54,530 bases of DNA from Acutalibacteraceae bacterium (GTDB taxonomy: Bacteria > Bacillota > Clostridia > Oscillospirales > Acutalibacteraceae). Shown here one piece after another: positions 10,068-19,737 of the stretch. Each line of letters opens with the position of its first letter. Position 1 is the first letter of the stretch. The notes under the pieces were generated by a model that had not been told where the DNA came from, did not search any database, and saw nothing but the letters and a program-made list of their open reading frames with translations. The DNA lies in NCBI GenBank assembly GCA_045656485.1, contig JAZORK010000080.1, forward strand, positions 1 through 54,530, read 5' to 3'. The position numbers were made by a program, and so were the translations under genes.

Positions 10068-13000
10068 ATGGCAAAGAGAACAGACTTAAAGAAAATTTTG
10101 ATTATTGGCTCAGGCCCTATCGTTATAGGTCAGGCAGCTGAGTTTGACTATGCAGGTACACAAGCTTGCTTGGCGCTTAAGGAAGAAGGCTATGAGGTTG
10201 TGCTTTGCAACTCTAACCCTGCTACAATTATGACCGATACTACCATTGCCGACAAGGTTTATATGGAACCTTTAACACTCGAATTTATAGCAAAGGTTAT
10301 CCGTTATGAAAGACCTGATGCTATTGTTCCCGGTATTGGCGGACAAACAGGTCTTAACCTTGCTATGCAGTTGGAAGAAAAAGGCATTTTAAAGGAATGC
10401 GGTGTTGAACTTTTAGGTACTAGTAGTGCTAGTATCGAACGTGCAGAAGACCGTGAAATGTTTAAAGAACTTTGCGAATCTATCGGCGAGCCTACCATTC
10501 CCTCACGCATTACCTACTCCTTAGAAGAAGCAAAAGAAGCCGCAAGTGAAATCGGCTACCCCGTAGTTTTACGCCCTGCATTTACCTTGGGCGGTACAGG
10601 TGGCGGCTTTGCTTATAACGAACAAGAGCTTATCGAAATCGGTCTTAACGCATTCAAGCTTTCCCCTGTTCATCAAGTTCTTATTGAAAAGAGCGTTAAA
10701 GGCTATAAGGAAATTGAGTTTGAAGTAATGCGTGACGGTAACGATAACGCCATTACCATTTGCGGTATGGAAAATATCGACCCCGTTGGTGTTCACACAG
10801 GTGACTCTATCGTTGTAGCTCCTATTATGACACTTAACGACCACGACCTTAAAATGCTTAACGATAGTGCTATTAAGCTTATTCGTGAGCTTAAAATTGA
10901 AGGCGGCTGTAACGTTCAGTTTGCACTCAACCCCGAAAGTAGCGAATACTACCTTATCGAAGTTAACCCCCGTGTATCACGTTCATCTGCATTGGCTTCA
11001 AAAGCAAGTGGTTACCCCATTGCACGTGTTACCGCTAAAATTGCCGTTGGTATGACATTGGACGAAATTGCCATTGCTAACACCACTGCCGCATTTGAAC
11101 CAAAACTCGACTACATCATCACAAAGCTTCCCCGCTTCCCATTTGATAAATTTAATACTGCTTCTAACATTTTAGGTACACAAATGAAGGCTACCGGTGA
11201 AGTTATGGGTATCGGCTCTACCTTAGAAGAAAGTATGCTTAAGGGTATCCGTTCACTCGAAATTGGTATTAACCACCTTTATCACCACAAGTTTGACAAT
11301 ATGACCGACGACGAGCTTCTCGATTATATTGCCGAATTCAGAGATGATAACCTTTTCGCTATCGCTGAGCTTTTATACCGTGGCGTAACAATTGAAAAAC
11401 TTCACGAAGTTACAAAAATTACCGCTTTCTTCCTTGAAGCTATTAAACGCATTATTGATATGGAAAAAAGCCTTAAAGAAAACCCCAATAACTTAGAAGT
11501 GCTTACCGCCGCTAAGAAGATGGGCTTCTCTGACAAATATGTTGCAAGAATGTGGGATTGCAAGGAAATTGACGTTTACAACTTCCGCCGTGAGCATAAG
11601 TTATACCCTGTTTATAAAATGGTTGATACCTGCCACACAAATGCATATATCCCCTACTTCTATTCTTCTTATCAAGGTGAAAATGCTTCTATCCTTACCG
11701 ACAAAAAGAAGATTGTAGTTTTAGGTGCAGGTCCTATCCGTATCGGTCAGGGTGTTGAGTTTGACTATTCAACCGTTCATGCCGTTACCACCATTAAAAA
11801 TTCGGGTTATGAAGCAATCATTATTAACAACAACCCCGAAACTGTTTCTACCGACTACACCACCGCTGATAAACTTTATTTTGAACCTTTAACTCCCGAA
11901 GATGTTATGAACATTATTGAGTTTGAACAGCCCGAAGGTGTTATCGCTTCTTTAGGTGGTCAGACTGCTATTAACTTGGCAGAACCTCTCAGAGACCGTG
12001 GTGTTAAGATTATCGGTACCGACTGCGACGCTATCGAACGTGCCGAAAACCGTGACAGCTTTGAAAAGATTTTGCGTGAGCTTAACATTCCCCAACCCCA
12101 AGGTAAAGCAGTTACCAAGATTGAAGACGGTATTGCTGCCGCTAAGGAAATCGGCTACCCTGTGCTTGTTCGCCCCTCATTCGTATTAGGCGGCCGTGCT
12201 ATGCAAATCGTTGCTGATGAAGAACAATTAAAGCACTACCTCAAAACCGCGGTTGAAATTGACGAAGACCGCCCCGTGCTTGTTGACAAATATATTCAAG
12301 GTAAAGAAGTTGAAGTTGACGCTATTTGCGACGGCAGAGACGTATTTATCCCCGGTATTATGGAACTTGTTGAACGCACAGGTGTTCACTCTGGTGACTC
12401 AATCAGCGTTTACCCCGCATTCAGCATTTCTAACAAAGTTAAGGGCACAATTTTACAATACGCTAAGAAATTAGGTCTTGGTATTGGTATCGTTGGTCTT
12501 TACAACATTCAGTTTATCGTTGATAAGGACGAAAACGTATTTATTATCGAAGTTAACCCCCGTTCTTCAAGAACTGTTCCCTTCCTTTCAAAATCTACAG
12601 GCTACAGCTTGGCTGACATTGCAACCGAAGTTATTTTAGGCAAATCCTTAAAAGAACAAGGCATTTTCGACATCTACCCACAAGAAAAAGACCGTTGGTA
12701 TGTAAAAGTTCCTGTATTCTCTTTCAATAAGATTCGTGGTCTTGACGCTTATCTCTCTCCCGAAATGAAGTCCACCGGTGAAGCAATCGGCTATGACGAT
12801 AAACTCAACCGTGCGCTTTCTAAGGCGTTACAGGCTTCGGGTATGCGTGTGCAAAACTATGGTACTGTATTTGTTACCATTAGCGATAAAGACAAGGAAG
12901 AAGCACTCCCCTTGGTTCGCCGTTTCTATAACTTAGGCTTTAATATTGAAGCAACCGTTGGTACTGCAAAGTTCCTTAAGGCAAACGGTATTAACACTCG

Positions 13001-13241
13001 TATTCTTAAAAAGATTGAAGAAGACCCCGACGAAATCCGTGATGCATTACGCCAAGGTCATATTGCTTACGTTATCAACACCCGTGATATCGAATCAAGC
13101 GGTACTGCAACCGATGGCTTCAAAATCAGAAGCTACGCTACCGAAAATAACGTAACAATCTTTACAGCGCTTGATACCGTACGTGTTCTTCTTGACGTAC
13201 TCGAAGAAACCACCCTTACAATCTCAACTATTGATGCATAA
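10068..13241 (+). CDS. carB: Carbamoyl-phosphate synthase large subunit
   Basis: 1057 aa with duplicated ATP-grasp halves (GSGPIVIGQAAEFDYAG and GAGPIRIGQGVEFDY) and a C-terminal MGS-like domain. Confidence 0.97.
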   Translation: MAKRTDLKKILIIGSGPIVIGQAAEFDYAGTQACLALKEEGYEVVLCNSNPATIMTDTTIADKVYMEPLTLEFIAKVIRYERPDAIVPGIGGQTGLNLAMQLEEKGILKECGVELLGTSSASIERAEDREMFKELCESIGEPTIPSRITYSLEEAKEAASEIGYPVVLRPAFTLGGTGGGFAYNEQELIEIGLNAFKLSPVHQVLIEKSVKGYKEIEFEVMRDGNDNAITICGMENIDPVGVHTGDSIVVAPIMTLNDHDLKMLNDSAIKLIRELKIEGGCNVQFALNPESSEYYLIEVNPRVSRSSALASKASGYPIARVTAKIAVGMTLDEIAIANTTAAFEPKLDYIITKLPRFPFDKFNTASNILGTQMKATGEVMGIGSTLEESMLKGIRSLEIGINHLYHHKFDNMTDDELLDYIAEFRDDNLFAIAELLYRGVTIEKLHEVTKITAFFLEAIKRIIDMEKSLKENPNNLEVLTAAKKMGFSDKYVARMWDCKEIDVYNFRREHKLYPVYKMVDTCHTNAYIPYFYSSYQGENASILTDKKKIVVLGAGPIRIGQGVEFDYSTVHAVTTIKNSGYEAIIINNNPETVSTDYTTADKLYFEPLTPEDVMNIIEFEQPEGVIASLGGQTAINLAEPLRDRGVKIIGTDCDAIERAENRDSFEKILRELNIPQPQGKAVTKIEDGIAAAKEIGYPVLVRPSFVLGGRAMQIVADEEQLKHYLKTAVEIDEDRPVLVDKYIQGKEVEVDAICDGRDVFIPGIMELVERTGVHSGDSISVYPAFSISNKVKGTILQYAKKLGLGIGIVGLYNIQFIVDKDENVFIIEVNPRSSRTVPFLSKSTGYSLADIATEVILGKSLKEQGIFDIYPQEKDRWYVKVPVFSFNKIRGLDAYLSPEMKSTGEAIGYDDKLNRALSKALQASGMRVQNYGTVFVTISDKDKEEALPLVRRFYNLGFNIEATVGTAKFLKANGINTRILKKIEEDPDEIRDALRQGHIAYVINTRDIESSGTATDGFKIRSYATENNVTIFTALDTVRVLLDVLEETTLTISTIDA

Positions 13242-13390
13242 AAACGCACTTTAAGTGCAAATGAAAAAATTAATAATTAATAATGAAAAATTTCGGTATC
13301 GGCGTTGCCGATGAATTAAATTCGTGCCGAAGGCGCACCTTAATTATTCATTATTCATTCTTCACTATTCATTTAATGTAGGTGATTATT

Positions 13391-14122
13391 ATGATGACTC
13401 AAGGAATTTATGAAATTCTTTACAACTTTGAAATTGCCCCAAATGTTTATAGTATGGTGCTTGCGGGCGATACATCCGCCCTTTTAGCACCGGGTCAATT
13501 TGTAAACATTAAGTTAGAAGGCAAGTATTTGCGCCGTCCTATCTCGGTTTGCGACTATAATGAAGAAACCATCACTTTGATTTACAAAGTGGTGGGCGAA
13601 GGCACCGAGCAAATGGCTAAAATGAAACAAGGCGAAAAGCTTGACGTTTTAGTAGGTCTTGGCAACGGCTTTAACCCCGAAAAGAGTGGTGAAAATCCAC
13701 TTTTAATCGGCGGTGGTGTTGGTATTCCGCCCCTTTACAACCTTTGCAAAGAACTAATTAAAATGGGCAAAAAACCCACTGTTATTTTAGGTTTTAACAC
13801 TAAGGCTGAAATCTTTTACGAAGACGCCTTTAAAAACCTTGGCGCCGAAGTAATTGTAACCACAATTGATGGCTCTTACGGTGTAAAAGGCTTTGTAACT
13901 AACGCTATGGACCGTGAATATTCCTACTTCTTCACTTGCGGACCGATGCCAATGTTTAAAGCAATCGAATCGGTTGCTAAAACCAGCGGTCAGTACAGCT
14001 TTGAAGAAAGAATGGGCTGTGGCTTTGGCGCATGTATGGGCTGTAGCTGTAAAACAAAGTACGGCAACAAACGTATTTGTAAGGACGGCCCCGTGCTTTA
14101 TAGGGAGGAAATCGTATGGTAG
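13391..14122 (+). CDS. pyrK: Dihydroorotate dehydrogenase B electron-transfer subunit
   Basis: FAD/NAD-binding ferredoxin-reductase fold with the C-terminal [2Fe-2S] motif CGFGACMGCSC...C. ATG at 13391 follows the RBS GGTGA. Confidence 0.9.
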   Translation: MMTQGIYEILYNFEIAPNVYSMVLAGDTSALLAPGQFVNIKLEGKYLRRPISVCDYNEETITLIYKVVGEGTEQMAKMKQGEKLDVLVGLGNGFNPEKSGENPLLIGGGVGIPPLYNLCKELIKMGKKPTVILGFNTKAEIFYEDAFKNLGAEVIVTTIDGSYGVKGFVTNAMDREYSYFFTCGPMPMFKAIESVAKTSGQYSFEERMGCGFGACMGCSCKTKYGNKRICKDGPVLYREEIVW

Positions 14123-15033
14123 ATACAAGCGTAGTTTTAAGCGGTATTAAAATGGATAACCCCATTATCCCCGCAAGCGGAACCTTTGGCTTCGGCTATG
14201 AATTTGCAAATATTTATGATATTAACTGCCTTGGCACGTTTTCTTTTAAAGGTACAACCCGTGATGAACGCTTCGGCAACCCCACACCCCGTATTGCCGA
14301 ATGTGCGGAAGGTATGCTCAATTCGGTAGGTCTTCAAAACCCGGGTGTTGAAAGGGTTATAACCGAAGAATTACCGAAGCTAAAAGAATGTTTCCACAAG
14401 CCTGTTATGGCAAATGTTAGCGGATTTTCTGTTGAAGATTATGCCTACACTTGCGAAAAGCTTGACGGTGAAGACCAAATAGGTTGGTTTGAAGTAAACA
14501 TCTCCTGCCCCAATGTTCACGGTGGCGGTTTGGCTTTTGGCACAAGCGCTAAAAACGCTGCCGAAGTTACAAAGGCGGTTAAAAAGGTCACCACAAAGCC
14601 CGTGTTTATAAAACTTTCCCCCAATGTTACCGACATTGTTGAAATTGCAAAGGCTTGTGAAAGCGAAGGCGCTGACGGTGTAAGCCTTATTAACACCCTT
14701 TTAGGTATGCGTATTGACCTTAAAACCAAAAAGCCGATTTTGGCTAACAAAATGGGTGGTTTCTCAGGCCCTGCAATTAAGCCCGTCGCACTTCGTATGA
14801 TATATCAGGTGTACGATGCCGTAAAAATTCCGTTTATCGGTATGGGCGGTGTTTCTACTGCTGAAGACGTTATTGAAATGATGCTTGCAGGCGCAACCGC
14901 TGTTCAAGTAGGTGCTGCAAACCTTGTAGACCCGCTTGCTTGCAAAAATATTATAGAAAATCTTCCACGTGTTATGGAAAAATACAGAATTAACAGTTTA
15001 ACTGAAATTATAGGAGGCGCTCATAATGGGTAA
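14116..15033 (+). CDS. pyrD: Dihydroorotate dehydrogenase B catalytic subunit
   Basis: 305-aa class 1B DHODH (NISCPN, GGVSTAEDV). It overlaps the pyrK stop. Confidence 0.95.
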   Translation: MVDTSVVLSGIKMDNPIIPASGTFGFGYEFANIYDINCLGTFSFKGTTRDERFGNPTPRIAECAEGMLNSVGLQNPGVERVITEELPKLKECFHKPVMANVSGFSVEDYAYTCEKLDGEDQIGWFEVNISCPNVHGGGLAFGTSAKNAAEVTKAVKKVTTKPVFIKLSPNVTDIVEIAKACESEGADGVSLINTLLGMRIDLKTKKPILANKMGGFSGPAIKPVALRMIYQVYDAVKIPFIGMGGVSTAEDVIEMMLAGATAVQVGAANLVDPLACKNIIENLPRVMEKYRINSLTEIIGGAHNG

Positions 15034-15724
15034 GGACGTAATTATCGCTTGCGATTTTGCAAGCAAGGAAGCAACACTCGAATTTTTAGACAAATTCACA
15101 GGCAAAAAACCTTTTGTAAAAATCGGTATGGAGCTTTTCTATGCAGAAGGCCCCGCAATCGTTAAGGAAATTAAAGACCGTGGTCACAAAATTTTCCTTG
15201 ATTTAAAACTTCACGATATTCCCAACACAGTTAAAAAGTCTATGGCGGTTTTATCTCGCTTGGACGTTGATATGACAAACCTCCACGCAGGTGGTACAGT
15301 TTCTATGATGGAAGCCGCACTCGAAGGCTTAACCCGTCCCGACGGCACAAGACCCTTGCTTATTGCTGTAACACAGCTTACCTCTACCGACCAAGAGCGT
15401 ATGGAAAAAGACTTGCTTATTAAAGAGCCTATCGACAAGGTTGTTATGCACTATGCTTCTAACGCAAAGGTTGCAGGTCTTGACGGTGTTGTTTGCTCAC
15501 CCTTAGAAGCAGGCAAGGTTCACGATACCTGCGGCGCAAACTTCTTAACAGTTACCCCTGGTGTACGCTTTGCTGACGGTGACATTGGCGACCAAAAGCG
15601 TGTTATGACACCTGCTGAAGCTAAGAAAATCGGTTCAGACTACATCGTAGTAGGCAGACCCATTACCGCAGCCGCTGACCCTGTAGCAGCTTACGAACGC
15701 TGCTGTGAAGAATTTATAGGATAG
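15026..15724 (+). CDS. pyrF: Orotidine 5'-phosphate decarboxylase
   Basis: 232 aa with the DLKLHDIPNT motif. Confidence 0.95.
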   Translation: MGKDVIIACDFASKEATLEFLDKFTGKKPFVKIGMELFYAEGPAIVKEIKDRGHKIFLDLKLHDIPNTVKKSMAVLSRLDVDMTNLHAGGTVSMMEAALEGLTRPDGTRPLLIAVTQLTSTDQERMEKDLLIKEPIDKVVMHYASNAKVAGLDGVVCSPLEAGKVHDTCGANFLTVTPGVRFADGDIGDQKRVMTPAEAKKIGSDYIVVGRPITAAADPVAAYERCCEEFIG

Positions 15725-15734
15725 GAGAATAAAA

Positions 15735-16391
15735 ATGGAAGCTTATAAAAGAGAGTTTATTGAATTTTTAGAAGGTGCAGGCGTTTTAAAGTTTGGTGAC
15801 TTTACTGCTAAATCAGGTAGAAAAATCCCCTATTTTATAAACGCAGGTGATATTAAAACAGGCGAACAAATTTGTAAACTTGGCGAATTTTACGCTAAGG
15901 CTTACTTTGAAAAAGTAGGCAACAAAAAAACTGTTCTTTACGGCCCTGCATACAAAGGTATTCCGATTGCAGTATCTGTTGCAGTAGCTTTAGCTAAAAA
16001 CGGCTTAGACGTTCCCTTCTTCTTTAACCGTAAGGAAGAAAAGGACCACGGCGAAGGCGGTGTGTTTGTAGGCTACAAACCCCAAGCAGGCGAAGAAATC
16101 GTTATAGTTGAAGACGTTATCACCGCTGGTACCGCTATTCGTGAAAGCATGGATATTCTTTCTAAAATCGAAGGCACCAAGGTTGCCGCTACATTTGTTA
16201 TGGTAGACCGCAAGGAAAAGGGCAAAACCGAAAAGAGCGCCATGGCTGAAGTTGGCGAAGAATTCGGCTTCCCTGTATATTCAGTAGTTGACGTTTACGA
16301 TATTATCGAATACCTTGAAGAAGACGAAAAGAATAAAGAAAACGTTGAAAGAATCAAGAATTATCTTGCTATCAACGGTGCTAAAGAATAA
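15735..16391 (+). CDS. pyrE: Orotate phosphoribosyltransferase
   Basis: 218 aa with the PRPP-binding loop [12 protein letters not shown]. Confidence 0.95.
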   Translation: MEAYKREFIEFLEGAGVLKFGDFTAKSGRKIPYFINAGDIKTGEQICKLGEFYAKAYFEKVGNKKTVLYGPAYKGIPIAVSVAVALAKNGLDVPFFFNRKEEKDHGEGGVFVGYKPQAGEEIVIVEDVITAGTAIRESMDILSKIEGTKVAATFVMVDRKEKGKTEKSAMAEVGEEFGFPVYSVVDVYDIIEYLEEDEKNKENVERIKNYLAINGAKE

Positions 16392-16408
16392 CCGAAAGGC
16401 AAGTTTTA

Positions 16409-17320
16409 ATGAGAAGTTTAATTGATATTGCAGAATTATCGTTAGAAGAAATTGACTCCCTTTTGGCTACTGCTAATGATATTATTGAAAATCCGCAAAA
16501 ATACAGCGAAAAGTGTAAGGGCAAAAAACTTGCTACACTGTTTTTCGAGCCTTCTACCCGTACTCGCTTGAGTTTTGAAGCCGCTATGTATGAACTCGGT
16601 GGTAATGTTTTAGGCTTTTCGGAAGCTCAAAGCAGTTCTGCCGCAAAGGGTGAAAGTATAGCTGATACTGCAAAAACTGTTTCCTGCTATGCCGATATTA
16701 TCGCTATGCGCCACCCCAAAGAAGGTGCTCCCCTTGTGGCTTCAATGAATGCAAGTATTCCTGTTATTAATGCGGGTGACGGCGGTCACAACCACCCCAC
16801 ACAAACCCTCGCAGACTTACTTACAATCAAGCGTGAAAAAGGCGGATTCGATAACCTTACAGTTGGTCTTTGCGGTGACTTAAAATTCGGTAGAACAGTA
16901 CATTCACTTATAAATGCACTTCGCCGTTATAAAGGTGTTAAGTTTGTGCTAATTTCTCCTAAAGAATTAACACTCCCCGACTATCTTAAGGAATCTTTAA
17001 AGGCTGATAATTTCGAATTCCTGGAAGCTACCGATTTAGAAACCGTTATGCCCGAGCTCGACATTCTTTATATGACCCGTGTTCAGCGTGAAAGATTTTT
17101 CAACGAAGAAGAATATTTACGTCTCAAGGACAGCTATATCTTAACACCATCAAAGCTTAAAAATGCTAAGGCAGATTTAAGCATTTTGCATCCGCTACCA
17201 CGTGTTAACGAGATTAGCGTTGGCGTTGATAATGACCCACGTGCTTGTTACTTTAAACAGGTGCTTTGTGGCAAATATATGCGAATGGCACTTATTTTAA
17301 TGCTTTTGGGGGTAGAATAA
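16409..17320 (+). CDS. pyrB: Aspartate carbamoyltransferase catalytic subunit
   Basis: 303 aa with the STRTR, HPTQ and HPLPR motifs. Confidence 0.95.
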   Translation: MRSLIDIAELSLEEIDSLLATANDIIENPQKYSEKCKGKKLATLFFEPSTRTRLSFEAAMYELGGNVLGFSEAQSSSAAKGESIADTAKTVSCYADIIAMRHPKEGAPLVASMNASIPVINAGDGGHNHPTQTLADLLTIKREKGGFDNLTVGLCGDLKFGRTVHSLINALRRYKGVKFVLISPKELTLPDYLKESLKADNFEFLEATDLETVMPELDILYMTRVQRERFFNEEEYLRLKDSYILTPSKLKNAKADLSILHPLPRVNEISVGVDNDPRACYFKQVLCGKYMRMALILMLLGVE

Positions 17321-17737
17321 ATGACTGTTGATGAAATAAAGAATGGCATTGTGCTTGACCACATTACCGCCGGTCGTGGTATGAAGATATACTCCCTTTT
17401 AAACCTTGGGGACCTCGGTTGCTCGGTAGCACTTATAAACAATGCCGAAAGCAGAAAAATGGGCAAAAAGGACATTATTAAAATTGATGCCGATATTGAA
17501 ATTAACACCGATATTTTGGGTTATATTGACCCCGATATTACGGTTAATATTATTAAAGACGGCAAAATGCAAGAAAAGAAACGCATTGCCCTGCCCGAAA
17601 AATTAACCAACGTAATCACCTGTAAAAATCCACGTTGTATAACTACCACTGAGCAGGAATTACCCCAAATCTTCAAACTAACCGATAAAGAAAACCGTGT
17701 TTACCGTTGCCTTTATTGCGAAAGCCAAGCTAAGTAA
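17321..17737 (+). CDS. pyrI: Aspartate carbamoyltransferase regulatory subunit
   Basis: 138 aa with the C-terminal Zn motif CxNPxC...CxYC. Confidence 0.93.
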   Translation: MTVDEIKNGIVLDHITAGRGMKIYSLLNLGDLGCSVALINNAESRKMGKKDIIKIDADIEINTDILGYIDPDITVNIIKDGKMQEKKRIALPEKLTNVITCKNPRCITTTEQELPQIFKLTDKENRVYRCLYCESQAK

Positions 17738-17762
17738 ATTTAAGATTTTAACTCAAACATCA

Positions 17763-17796
17763 ATCACCTCATATAATGATATGAGGTGATTTTTTT
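17763..17796 (+). terminator. pyr operon rho-independent terminator
   Basis: ATCACCTCATAT-AATG-ATATGAGGTGAT (12-bp perfect stem) followed by a T-run. Confidence 0.8.
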
Positions 17797-18298
17797 GGAC
17801 CAAAATTTAATAGAAAAATATAAAAACGAAATGCGAAAAATGTATAAATCGGTCAACACACCTGTAAGAGCCACCTTTGCCGAAACTCCGCCACCACCCC
17901 CAAAAACTAACTCTACCACAGGCGGTCTTTTAGGTATTGTAACTTCATTTCGCTCACTCTACCCTGTTAAAAATGCCAAAGTAACAATTTTTACAGGCAA
18001 TTATCCCGATATGCAGGTTATTGACACCGATTTAACCAACGAAAGCGGAAGAACTAAAATTTTCACTCTGCCCACACCCGAAAAGGCACTATCACTAGAA
18101 GAAGAAAACCAAACCATACCTTATGCCACCTACAATATGTTGGTTGAAGCCGACGGATATATTAAAAACATACACCTTAATATTCCTGTTTTCAGTACAG
18201 TAACTTCTTTACAGCAGTCTAATTTGCTTTTAGAAGAAACCGCAGGGCAAGACAAAAACCCACAGGTTTTTGATGAGTCCCAAAAATATGATTTGTAA
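17786..18298 (+). CDS. Carboxypeptidase-regulatory-like domain protein, resembling the N-terminal pre/pro region of clostridial SleC
   Basis: It has the pattern VKNAKVTIF...TDLTNESGRT...YNMLVEADGY. The start is uncertain: GTG 17786 lies inside the pyr terminator, and ATG 17831 or 17840 are alternatives. Confidence 0.5.
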   Translation: MIFLDQNLIEKYKNEMRKMYKSVNTPVRATFAETPPPPPKTNSTTGGLLGIVTSFRSLYPVKNAKVTIFTGNYPDMQVIDTDLTNESGRTKIFTLPTPEKALSLEEENQTIPYATYNMLVEADGYIKNIHLNIPVFSTVTSLQQSNLLLEETAGQDKNPQVFDESQKYDL

Positions 18299-18307
18299 GG
18301 TGATTGT

Positions 18308-19669
18308 ATGGCAGAAATTTTATCACCCATTATACCCGAAACTATAACAGTACATTTAGGGCCACCCGACTCGGCAGCCCAAAATGTAACTGTTCCCTTT
18401 ATCGATTATATTAAAAATGTAGCATCAAGTGAGATTTATCCCACTTGGCCCGAAAACGCTTTAAGAGCCAATATTTACGCTATAATCTCCTTTGCTTTAA
18501 ACCGTGTTTACACCGAATATTACCGTTCGCGTGGGTACGATTTTGATATTACTAACAGTACCGCTATAGACCAAGCCTTTGTGCCCGACCGTGAAATTTT
18601 CGAAAACATTGGATACATAGTAGACGATATTTTCAATGACTATATTGTCCGCCAAGGTAATGTTGAGCCCTTGTTTGCCGCCTTTTGCAACGGCACTACT
18701 TCAACTTGCGCAGGTCTTTCACAATGGGGGACGGTAAATCTCGCAAACGAAGGCAGAACCCCATTTTCAATTTTGCAAAACTACTATGGTAACGATATCG
18801 GCATTGTAAACGATGCGCCCGTCGGCTTTACTGATGAATCCTATCCGGGTGTTCCCTTGCGAGTGGGTGATGCCGGTAACAATGTGCAAATAATTCAAAC
18901 CCAGTTAAACCGAATAGCCCAAAACTACCCCGCTATACCTAAAATCAATGACCCTAACGGAATTTTCGGTATAGAAACCGAAGATGCCGTGCGAAAATTT
19001 CAAGAAATATTCAACCTTACTGTAAACGGAGAAGTTAATAAGGCTACTTGGTATAGAATTAAGCAATATTATAACGGAGTTAAAAGCCTAGCGGATTTAG
19101 TAAGCGAGGGTATATCATTAGAAGAAGCCACTATACCGTTTGAGACCCAAATTGCCGAGGGTGATAGTGGAATCCCCGTAAACACCCTGCAGTATTATTT
19201 AAGCATTATCGCCTATTTTAACGGTGCCTTAGAGCCCGTGCCAAGAAGCAGCTACTTCGGACCTGAAACGGTGGCGGCAGTTAAACGCTTTCAAGAATTT
19301 TACGGCCTTTCCCCCACAGGCATTGTAGATAACGAAACCTGGCAGACCATATCCCGCATTTATACCGAAACCGTAGCTTCACTACCCGCAGGGTACCAAG
19401 GCAGCAACGCCAAATTATACCCGGGATTTTTCTTAACAGAGGGTATGCGAAGTGAAAATGTTAAAGATTTACAAACCTATTTAAATTTAATTTCGCAAAA
19501 CATACCCGAAGTACCGTCTGTTTCGGTTACGGGCTTCTTCGGTGAGCAAACCGAAAACACCGTGCGAGAATTTCAGCGCCTTTTCGCGCTAGAAGTATCG
19601 GGTGCAGTCGGGCCTGTTACTTGGGCAACCATAGCTAACCAATACGATTTTTTTAATAACAGGACGTAA
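18308..19669 (+). CDS. SleC-like spore cortex-lytic enzyme (SpoIID/LytB-like catalytic region plus three peptidoglycan-binding repeats)
   Basis: The N-terminus ITVHLGPPDSAAQNVTVPFIDYIKNVASSEIYPTWPE matches my memory of clostridial SleC. There are three PG_binding_1-like repeats (GIFGxxTxxAVRxFQ). Confidence 0.7.
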   Translation: MAEILSPIIPETITVHLGPPDSAAQNVTVPFIDYIKNVASSEIYPTWPENALRANIYAIISFALNRVYTEYYRSRGYDFDITNSTAIDQAFVPDREIFENIGYIVDDIFNDYIVRQGNVEPLFAAFCNGTTSTCAGLSQWGTVNLANEGRTPFSILQNYYGNDIGIVNDAPVGFTDESYPGVPLRVGDAGNNVQIIQTQLNRIAQNYPAIPKINDPNGIFGIETEDAVRKFQEIFNLTVNGEVNKATWYRIKQYYNGVKSLADLVSEGISLEEATIPFETQIAEGDSGIPVNTLQYYLSIIAYFNGALEPVPRSSYFGPETVAAVKRFQEFYGLSPTGIVDNETWQTISRIYTETVASLPAGYQGSNAKLYPGFFLTEGMRSENVKDLQTYLNLISQNIPEVPSVSVTGFFGEQTENTVREFQRLFALEVSGAVGPVTWATIANQYDFFNNRT

Positions 19670-19737
19670 TTATCAGTTGCATTTTAAAAATAAAGAGTTA
19701 TAATAATATTATTAATTTAAAATTTAGGAGTTTTATT

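Noticed and set aside
18296-18310. In-frame TAA between the two SleC-like ORFs, considered as a third premature stop or recoding site like those at 35674 and 43040.
   Set aside because: Unlike the other two cases, a good RBS (AAGGTGA) and an ATG follow immediately. A normal two-cistron arrangement explains it.
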